From NCBI GenBank assembly GCA_032576855.1, contig JAWFWL010000002.1, forward strand, positions 44,498 through 108,497: 64,000 nucleotides of DNA. Reading direction: 5' to 3'. The position numbers and the translations under genes were made by a program. The DNA is from Propionibacteriaceae bacterium. GTDB lineage: Bacteria; Actinomycetota; Actinomycetes; Propionibacteriales; Propionibacteriaceae. A model generated the notes under the pieces. The model saw only the letters and a program-made list of their open reading frames with translations. It made no database searches and was not told the DNA's origin. Positions 37,402 to 44,477 of the stretch are shown piece by piece (the stretch's first letter is position 1; every line of letters begins with the position of its first letter).

Positions 37402-39636
37402 ATGACCATCGACGAAACACTCGCCGCGCTCACGCTCACCGAGAAGGTGGCACTGCTGACCGGAGCGGATTACTGGCACACCAAGGCGTTCCCCGACGCC
37501 GGCGTCGATGCCATCATGCTCACCGACGGCCCGCACGGCTTGCGCAAACAGGCCGACGCCGCAGATCACCTCGGCCTGAACGCCGCACGTCCCGCAACAT
37601 GCTTCCCCACGCCGGCGTCGCTCGCGTCGACGTGGGACGAGCAACTCGTCGAGGAAGTGGGGGCAGCGCTGGGCGCCGAGGCTGCACACGAGGAGGTCAG
37701 CGTCGTGCTGGGCCCGGGAGCCAACATCAAGCGCGATCCCAGGTGTGGGCGCAACTTCGAGTACTTCTCCGAAGACCCGCTGCTCTCTGGGCGCATCGCC
37801 GCCGCGATGATTCGGGGCATCCAATCGCGTGGCGTGGCGGCGTGCCTCAAGCACTTCGCCGCCAACAACCAGGAAACAGACCGTCTGCGCATCAGCGCCG
37901 ACGTGGACGATCGCGCACTCAGGGAGATCTACCTCGCATCCTTCGAGGAGGCCATCGCAGGCGGGCATCCGCGTTGCGTCATGAGCTCCTACAACCGCGT
38001 GAACGGCACCTACGCGGGTGAGAGCCGCACGCTCCTCACCGACGTGCTGCGCGACGACTTGGGCTTCGACGGCGTCGTAGTCTCCGACTGGGGCGCGGTC
38101 TTCGACCGCGTCGCGACCTTGCGGGCCGGGCTGGACCTCGAGATGCCCTACAGCGGAGGCCACACCGAGCAAGCAGTGCTCGACGCCGTCGAACGAGGCG
38201 AGCTGGATCCGTCGGTCATCGACGAGTCAGCCCGACGCATGCTGGAGCTCATCGCAGCTGTCGCGCATACCGATGCAGCACCTGCCGTCGATTTCGAGGC
38301 CCACCACCAGCTGGGTCGACGAGCTGCCGCAGCCGGTTGCGTGCTACTTCGCAACGAGCCAATGGACGACGGCTCCCCCCTGCTTCCGCTTCGAGCAGGG
38401 CAAAGCCTCGCCTTCATCGGAGAGTTTGCGCGCACCCCGCGTTATCAAGGCGCCGGGGCGGCCCAGGTGACCCCGCTGAAGGTCTCGAACGTACTCGACA
38501 CCCTCGAGGCTCGTCGCATCCCTGCAGTGTTTGCACCGGGCTACCGAATCGATCAGGAGCCCGACGAGGACCTCGTCGCAGAGGCCGTCGCTGCTGCAGA
38601 ACGCGCGGACGTGGCCGTGCTGTTCCTCGGCTTGACGCCTTCTGCCGAGTCGGAAGGCTACGACCGGGACACGCTCGATCTGCCCGCCGATCAGCTCGCG
38701 CTGCTCGAGGCCGTCGCCCAGGTGAATCCCCGCGTGGTGGTAGTGCTCGCCAATGGCAGCGTCGTCACGGTGAACGCTTGGCGCGCGCTGGCGCCGAGCA
38801 TCCTCGACGCTTGGCTGGGAGGACAAGCCATGGCGGACGGCGTCGTCGACGTGTTGTTCGGCGACGTGTGCCCGTCGGGCAAACTCACCGAGACCATCCC
38901 GGAGCGGCTCCAGGACTCTCCGTCGTACTTGTCGTTCCCCGGCGAGCTCGGGCATTCCCGCTACGCCGAAGGCGTGTTCGTGGGCTATCGCGGCCACGAT
39001 TTCCGCGACAACCAGGTGGCGTACCCGTTCGGGTTCGGGCTCAGCTACACCAGTTTCCAAGTGGAGCTGGTGGACGTACACGTCGACGGCGTTGGCAGCG
39101 CCACCGAAGGACGAGTGCGCGTGCGCATCTCCAATACCGGCCCCGTGCGAGGTGCCGAGGTGGTCCAGCTGTACGTCGGCGAGGTATCCACGACGGTGGC
39201 CTGTCCACCCAGGCAGCTCCGCGCGTTTGCGAAGGTGGAGCTTGACCCGGGCGAAGAACGCATCGTCGAGCTTCCGCTTCGCGGTCGCGACTTCGCGTTT
39301 TGGCATTCCCCGCTTCAGCGTTGGGTGGTGGAGGGCGCCGACGTCCAGCTCCATGTGGGCACGAGCTCCCGCGACATCGTCGCAAGCCAGACCGTGACAC
39401 TCACCGGCGACGATCTACGTCAGCGACTGACGCCCATGTCCACCATCGGAGAGCTGATGGCCAACCCGGTGATCGGCGACGAGATCCGGAAGGTCATCGA
39501 GGCACAGCCTGCGCAATTCCAGGCCCAAGCTCCCGATATTCCTGCGATCACCTTCGTCGACTTCAACATCTTTGATCTAGACCGGGCAGGGCTCACCGAA
39601 TTGCTCAATCGCGCCAACGCCGAGCTCGACGGTTAA
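37402..39636 (+). CDS. Glycoside hydrolase family 3 beta-glucosidase
   Basis: MTIDETLAALTLTEKVALLTG...DGPHGLR, GRNFEYFSEDP, the nucleophile region VVSDWGA, and a C-terminal Fn3-like domain. Confidence 0.9.
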   Translation: MTIDETLAALTLTEKVALLTGADYWHTKAFPDAGVDAIMLTDGPHGLRKQADAADHLGLNAARPATCFPTPASLASTWDEQLVEEVGAALGAEAAHEEVSVVLGPGANIKRDPRCGRNFEYFSEDPLLSGRIAAAMIRGIQSRGVAACLKHFAANNQETDRLRISADVDDRALREIYLASFEEAIAGGHPRCVMSSYNRVNGTYAGESRTLLTDVLRDDLGFDGVVVSDWGAVFDRVATLRAGLDLEMPYSGGHTEQAVLDAVERGELDPSVIDESARRMLELIAAVAHTDAAPAVDFEAHHQLGRRAAAAGCVLLRNEPMDDGSPLLPLRAGQSLAFIGEFARTPRYQGAGAAQVTPLKVSNVLDTLEARRIPAVFAPGYRIDQEPDEDLVAEAVAAAERADVAVLFLGLTPSAESEGYDRDTLDLPADQLALLEAVAQVNPRVVVVLANGSVVTVNAWRALAPSILDAWLGGQAMADGVVDVLFGDVCPSGKLTETIPERLQDSPSYLSFPGELGHSRYAEGVFVGYRGHDFRDNQVAYPFGFGLSYTSFQVELVDVHVDGVGSATEGRVRVRISNTGPVRGAEVVQLYVGEVSTTVACPPRQLRAFAKVELDPGEERIVELPLRGRDFAFWHSPLQRWVVEGADVQLHVGTSSRDIVASQTVTLTGDDLRQRLTPMSTIGELMANPVIGDEIRKVIEAQPAQFQAQAPDIPAITFVDFNIFDLDRAGLTELLNRANAELDG

Positions 39637-39737
39637 CGTGACGGGCGGGTGGATGTGACGTCCTCGACGGCCGCGCGTTCACCCGCCATTAACCAATTCG
39701 TCACCCTCATGATCCTGGCATCGGGTATCAATGAAGT

Positions 39738-41330
39738 GTGGGTGAATTGTCTCGTCGCGTATTCCGGACACTGTTGACGGTGGTCATGACCTGTTCGCTG
39801 CTATTGGCCGCCTCATGCACGAACGATGATTCGAAGAAGCTGCGCATCGTGGCAGGCTCCGAACAGAAATCTGTGCTCGAGCAGATCGTCGTTCCGTGGT
39901 GCGACAAGCATGGCTACAGCTGCGAATACAACCTGCTGGGGTCCGTGGACCAAGCCAGGCTGCTGCAATCCGGCTCGCAAGACTACGACGCCTACTGGTT
40001 CGCTTCCTCCGTGTTCGCCCAACTGGGCAACACCGACAGCAAGCTCGTCGATCTCCAGCCGATGTTCATGACGCCGATCGTCTTCGCGGGAAAGCGCGCT
40101 GCCATGGAACGACTCGGATTCGGCGCCGGCTCAAACGTGCGCATCGAAGACATAGTCAAGGCGGTCGAAGGCGGCAAGATGAAGGTGTGGACAACCAACC
40201 CCACCCAGTCTAATTCCGGCGCCACCACGTTGTTCGCGTTCCTGAACCACTTTGCCGGCAATGGGCCTGGCCAGCCCCTCACGATGGAGCAGCTCGATTC
40301 GAAACCCGTTGACGAGGGCATCAAGCGATTTGTGAAGGCGATGGATCGCACGCCTCCCAGCACCGGCACCATGATGACGGAATGCGTCGCAAGTACTGAT
40401 TGCGAAACGCTGTTCACCTACGAGGCTCTCGTCATCGAAGAAAATTTGAAGGGCACCAATCCCGCGGATTTCAGCGTCGTCTACCCCCAGGGATCCCTCG
40501 CCATTAGCGACGCGCCACTCGGATTTCTCCCCCACGGCGACAATGCCGAGGCGAAGCGAGAGATCTTCACCGAGTTGCAGCAGTATCTCCTGACCGACGA
40601 AGAAGCGCTCAATCAGATCCGTGGCCTGGGACGGCGACCCGCGAACTCCATCGGACTCACGTTGTCAGATCCAGACACCGCAGTGTTCAACCCTGCGTGG
40701 GGCATCCGTACTGACATCAAAGAACAAGGCATCAGCTACCCGTCTGCGGAAGTCATCGAGGCCTCACTGGACCGCTACCACACCCGCTATCGCAAGCCGG
40801 TCAACACCTACTACTGCATCGACGGCTCTGGCTCCATGCACGGTGACGGCTGGGATGGCATCACGAAAGCGGCCCACGAGATTTTCAACCCTGAACGCGC
40901 ACGCGTCAACCTGCTGCAGACCGGCCCATCCGACACCACCACCGTCAGCGTGTTCAACCACAGCATGAAGGCCGGGCCGTTCACCGTTGATGGCAACGAC
41001 ACCAATGCGCTCAGCAGGCTGGAGCAAGACGTGGTGAGCGTCCAGCCAGGCGGCGGTACAGACATGTATGGCTGCCTGGCGAAGGCCGTCGAGACGGTGC
41101 AGGGCGATGATCGCAAGAAACTCATCGTGCTCATGAGCGACGGGGCGTCTAGCCGGGATTCACACAACGCATTGAAATTGGCGCGTGAGGCTCACATTCC
41201 TGTGATTGCCATTGCCTTCGGCGATGCCGACGAGAACCAACTGCAGCAGGTCGCGAGTGAAACGAACGGTGCGTTCGTGAAATCCGACGACCTCGTTGCT
41301 GCGTTGCGAAAGGCTGCCGGTTACAAGTGA
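39738..41330 (+). CDS. Lipoprotein fusing a periplasmic-binding-protein-like domain to a C-terminal von Willebrand factor A domain
   Basis: Signal peptide and lipobox (LLLAASC). The N-terminal roughly 320 aa are PBP-like (TNPTQSNSGATTL). The C-terminal vWA has a complete MIDAS (CIDGSGSM, GGGTDMY, LMSDGAS). GTG start. Confidence 0.8.
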   Translation: MGELSRRVFRTLLTVVMTCSLLLAASCTNDDSKKLRIVAGSEQKSVLEQIVVPWCDKHGYSCEYNLLGSVDQARLLQSGSQDYDAYWFASSVFAQLGNTDSKLVDLQPMFMTPIVFAGKRAAMERLGFGAGSNVRIEDIVKAVEGGKMKVWTTNPTQSNSGATTLFAFLNHFAGNGPGQPLTMEQLDSKPVDEGIKRFVKAMDRTPPSTGTMMTECVASTDCETLFTYEALVIEENLKGTNPADFSVVYPQGSLAISDAPLGFLPHGDNAEAKREIFTELQQYLLTDEEALNQIRGLGRRPANSIGLTLSDPDTAVFNPAWGIRTDIKEQGISYPSAEVIEASLDRYHTRYRKPVNTYYCIDGSGSMHGDGWDGITKAAHEIFNPERARVNLLQTGPSDTTTVSVFNHSMKAGPFTVDGNDTNALSRLEQDVVSVQPGGGTDMYGCLAKAVETVQGDDRKKLIVLMSDGASSRDSHNALKLAREAHIPVIAIAFGDADENQLQQVASETNGAFVKSDDLVAALRKAAGYK

Positions 41331-41941
41331 TCCGACGGCACTCCACCACCATCGCGCTGACGGCCACCGTCGTTGTTTATGTTGTGCTTTTTCTCTTGCT
41401 CGGAAACTCTGAGCCGCTGCTGCGGGTGCTCGCTCCCGCGGCCTTCGCACTCGTCGCCGGCTTCGGTACGAAGATGATGCTCGGACGTAATCAAGCGCAG
41501 ATTGAAGACGATGCCTACCACGACGATGCGCGCAGCCTCGCGAATGATGTTCGACGGGAGATGCGCGAGGTACTCGCCCTCGGCGTCCGTTTGCCCGACG
41601 CGGAGGCGCGCCAGGCCATCGAGCGTGCGGGCAAGACAGTGCCGGAGATTTTGGACCGGGTAGAAGAGGATCAACCCGCTTCCTTGTACTCCTCCGCGTC
41701 CAAGTTTCACGGCCACGTCGAGAGTTTGAAGGGCGTCGTCGAAGCGTACATCGATATCATGGAACACCCGGACTACTACCGCGACGCCTCCGGAATGGCA
41801 GCGCAGGGTAAAGCCGCAATGCTGCGCTTCGACGAGTTCACCATCGAAACGATGCAACTGTTGACCCAAGGCGACGTGGCCGAATATCAAGCCAACCTAG
41901 ACACCGTGGCACCGCCAGCCATTCCAAAATTGGAGGGATAG
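41327..41941 (+). CDS. XpaC-like two-TM protein (5-bromo-4-chloroindolyl phosphate hydrolysis family; tentative)
   Basis: 204 aa with two N-terminal TM helices followed by a helical cytoplasmic domain. This is the same size and architecture as Bacillus XpaC, which also neighbours a TelA homologue. GTGA overlap with the upstream gene. Confidence 0.55.
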   Translation: MIRRHSTTIALTATVVVYVVLFLLLGNSEPLLRVLAPAAFALVAGFGTKMMLGRNQAQIEDDAYHDDARSLANDVRREMREVLALGVRLPDAEARQAIERAGKTVPEILDRVEEDQPASLYSSASKFHGHVESLKGVVEAYIDIMEHPDYYRDASGMAAQGKAAMLRFDEFTIETMQLLTQGDVAEYQANLDTVAPPAIPKLEG

Positions 41942-43057
41942 ATGAAGGGACGTTTCATCATCGGACTCGTGGCGATCGTCGCCGTCCTCGCAGGCGGATC
42001 CTGGCTTGTGCTCAGCCAGAATTCCGGCCCCGAGAAGGTAACCATCAGCTGCGCTGGTGGATCAGAGAAGTCGTCGCTGATGAAGGACCCCGAGGTCATC
42101 AAGCTGTTACAAAAGAAGTACGGCATCACGGTGAAGTGGACGTCGATGGGCTCATATGACCAGGTGCAGCTTTCTAAAGAACAGCTCGAGCAACGGGGGT
42201 TCACATGCCTGTGGCCTTCCAGCGCATCAGCACAACACGTGTTCGAGGCGCAGCATCCCAGCCAGTTCTCTAGCTACAAGGCCGAGACTGTCCTGCAGTC
42301 TCCCGAAGTAATCTATGCCGGCCCGCAAGGCACCGAGGCGCTACAGAAAGCGGGGCTGGTCTCCAAGGTTGATTCGCACCACATGCTGGATTTGAAGGAG
42401 CTCCTGCACACCCAGGTGTTGGAGGGCAAGCAGTGGCAAGACCTGGGCTCGGGATCGCTACGCGGGCCTATCAATATCTCCTCCACAGACCCGGCGAAGT
42501 CCAATTCCGGTTTCACCTTGGCGCAGCTCGAGCTCACCATGATCGCATCGGATAACCCACGCCGGTCGCCGTCGATTGCTGAAGCGCGTGAGTCGCTGCC
42601 CACCCTACGCAAGATTTACGACTCGCAAGGTCTGCAAGCCACGTCGAGTGACAACGGCTTCCGCCAGTGGATGACGCAGGGCGCCGAATTGTCAGCTCCC
42701 CTGTACGCAGGCTACGAAAACCAGATCATCCAAGCTGTCACCGTCGGGGGGAACCAAGCAAACATCACCCAGCAGGTCATGATGTTGTACCCAGACCCGA
42801 CGGTGTACTCGGACCATCCGATTCTCGCTCTGGACGGCGACGCCGCACGCCTGATCGAAGCGATGAAGGACGAGGAAATCCAGAAGCTCGCCTGGCAGAA
42901 GTACGGCTTCCGCTCCGCGGTAAACGCGGGCTGGAACGACATGAGCCAATTCAAGCAACTGCCGCTCGCTCCGCAGGTCGTTTCTGTGCCTGCCACGAAC
43001 TCTGAAGTCACGCTCGCGCTGCTCGAGTGCCTGAAGAACCGATCCGCCTGCAAGTAG
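41942..43057 (+). CDS. Membrane-anchored periplasmic-binding-protein-like protein (paralog of the N-terminal domain of the 39738 gene)
   Basis: N-terminal signal anchor (IIGLVAIVAVLAGGSWLV). It shares motifs with the upstream fusion: GSYDQVQL/GSVDQARL, TDPAKSNSGFT/TNPTQSNSGAT, and LYPDPTVYSDHPILAL/VYPQGSLAISDAPLGFL. ATG immediately follows the TAG stop, with GGAGGGA as RBS. Confidence 0.7.
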   Translation: MKGRFIIGLVAIVAVLAGGSWLVLSQNSGPEKVTISCAGGSEKSSLMKDPEVIKLLQKKYGITVKWTSMGSYDQVQLSKEQLEQRGFTCLWPSSASAQHVFEAQHPSQFSSYKAETVLQSPEVIYAGPQGTEALQKAGLVSKVDSHHMLDLKELLHTQVLEGKQWQDLGSGSLRGPINISSTDPAKSNSGFTLAQLELTMIASDNPRRSPSIAEARESLPTLRKIYDSQGLQATSSDNGFRQWMTQGAELSAPLYAGYENQIIQAVTVGGNQANITQQVMMLYPDPTVYSDHPILALDGDAARLIEAMKDEEIQKLAWQKYGFRSAVNAGWNDMSQFKQLPLAPQVVSVPATNSEVTLALLECLKNRSACK

Positions 43058-43070
43058 AGGAACCAAAGCT

Positions 43071-44477
43071 ATGACCAACGATCCCTATGCCGCGGCCCAG
43101 AGCCCCGAAACCACCGAAGAGCCGGCACTCTCCATCGACTTTTCAGCCATCACGGGTGGCAGCGCCCCGGCCAAGGGCAGCGCCGACACCATGCTCGCTG
43201 AGGCCGCGCACGACATCGTCGCTCAGCCTTCGAAGCAGCTCGACGTGTCAGCCGATGCGGCGCGTCTGCCTGGCCAGGAAGCGGGCGAGTTCTCCTGCAT
43301 GAAGATGCTCTCCCCCGCGCAACAGGAACAAGCGACGGCTGCCAGCGTCCAGCTTCTGCCTCAGATGTTGTCGAACACGCAGCTCTTGAGCGATTTTGGT
43401 AACCAGGCTCTCGAAGCCGTGAACATGCAGGTGGCCAGAATTTTCAAAGAAATTGGGCCTGTGGAGATTCCAGAGCTGACGCACATGATGCAGCAGATCA
43501 ACGACTCCATGCGCTCGTTCCGCAAGAAGTATGATCCGACGATCCCCCAGGTTCGCGATGCATTCAACCGCTTCATGGATTCGGTCAAGGGAATCTTCCA
43601 GCGTGGCCGTGACATCGTGCAGATGCTGTTTGAGGAGGCCCAGAGCGTCGAGAAGCAGCTCGACCGGATCGCCGGTGAGCTGACCACGAAGCAGCGCGAA
43701 ATGCGCCGCAACGTGGTGCTATGCGACGAGCTCTACAAGGCGAATGAGCAGGCCATCTCGCAGCTCGTCGGCACCATCGCTGTGATGGAAGCGACGAGGG
43801 ACCAAGCCGTCGCCGCACTGGACCAGGCCGTGGTTCGCCCGGACGATCCGAACAAGCGCGACGTCGAGGAACAGCGCGCCCAGCTGGCCGAGTTCATCCA
43901 GGCCATGGAAGTACGCATCAACGAGTTCCAACAGCGCCTGTTCGTCGCCTGGTCCACCAGCCCGCAGGTGCGCAACACCCGCTCATTGCACTATGGACTC
44001 GGCCAACGCCTGGCGCTCATGGTGAATCTCACCATTCCCACCATGAAGCTGACCATCGCGCAGTGGGGCTTGCTCATGCAGGCGGAGCAGGCCGCCAAGA
44101 TGCAGGAAGTTGTGGCGCAGGGCGCAAACGACGTGCTCACCGCCTACGCGCAGGCGTCAGGGCGTGCCGCGGGCCAGATCGCCAAGACCATCCAGACCCC
44201 GACGCTGAAGCCGGAAACCATCCTGGAAGTGGCAGTCTCCCTCGACGACCAGGCCGAATCCATGATTCAGGCGCTGGAGTACGGACGCGGCGCGCGACAG
44301 GAGGTCGTCGACGCTCTGCTCACCGCGCAGGCTTCCATCACGCAGTCGTCGGACAAACTGTCGACGGCGGTCGTCGAACTCGCGAAGCGCGCGGACGAGC
44401 CGCTGGAGCTGCCAGGCATGCCGCACATCCCGGAGGCCATCACGGCGAACGCCAACCAAGTGGCTGGGACGCGCTAG
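43071..44477 (+). CDS. telA: TelA-family toxic anion resistance protein
   Basis: Long all-helical protein with TelA-like segments (LSDFGNQALEAVN..., MRSFRKKYDP, EKQLDRIAGELTTKQREMRRNVVLCDELYKAN, and INEFQQRLFVAWSTSPQVRN). No signal peptide. Confidence 0.8.
   Translation: MTNDPYAAAQSPETTEEPALSIDFSAITGGSAPAKGSADTMLAEAAHDIVAQPSKQLDVSADAARLPGQEAGEFSCMKMLSPAQQEQATAASVQLLPQMLSNTQLLSDFGNQALEAVNMQVARIFKEIGPVEIPELTHMMQQINDSMRSFRKKYDPTIPQVRDAFNRFMDSVKGIFQRGRDIVQMLFEEAQSVEKQLDRIAGELTTKQREMRRNVVLCDELYKANEQAISQLVGTIAVMEATRDQAVAALDQAVVRPDDPNKRDVEEQRAQLAEFIQAMEVRINEFQQRLFVAWSTSPQVRNTRSLHYGLGQRLALMVNLTIPTMKLTIAQWGLLMQAEQAAKMQEVVAQGANDVLTAYAQASGRAAGQIAKTIQTPTLKPETILEVAVSLDDQAESMIQALEYGRGARQEVVDALLTAQASITQSSDKLSTAVVELAKRADEPLELPGMPHIPEAITANANQVAGTR

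Noticed and set aside
38344-39354. 336-aa minus-strand ORF and 302-aa plus-strand off-frame ORF (38337-39245)
   Set aside because: Both overlap the GH3 beta-glucosidase gene. Their Arg-rich, low-complexity translations indicate alternative-frame artefacts.
39644-39687. Possible terminator after the GH3 gene (GGCGGGTG ... CACCCGCC)
   Set aside because: The stem is 8 bp with a 28-nt loop and no U-tract. That is too weak to annotate as a terminator.
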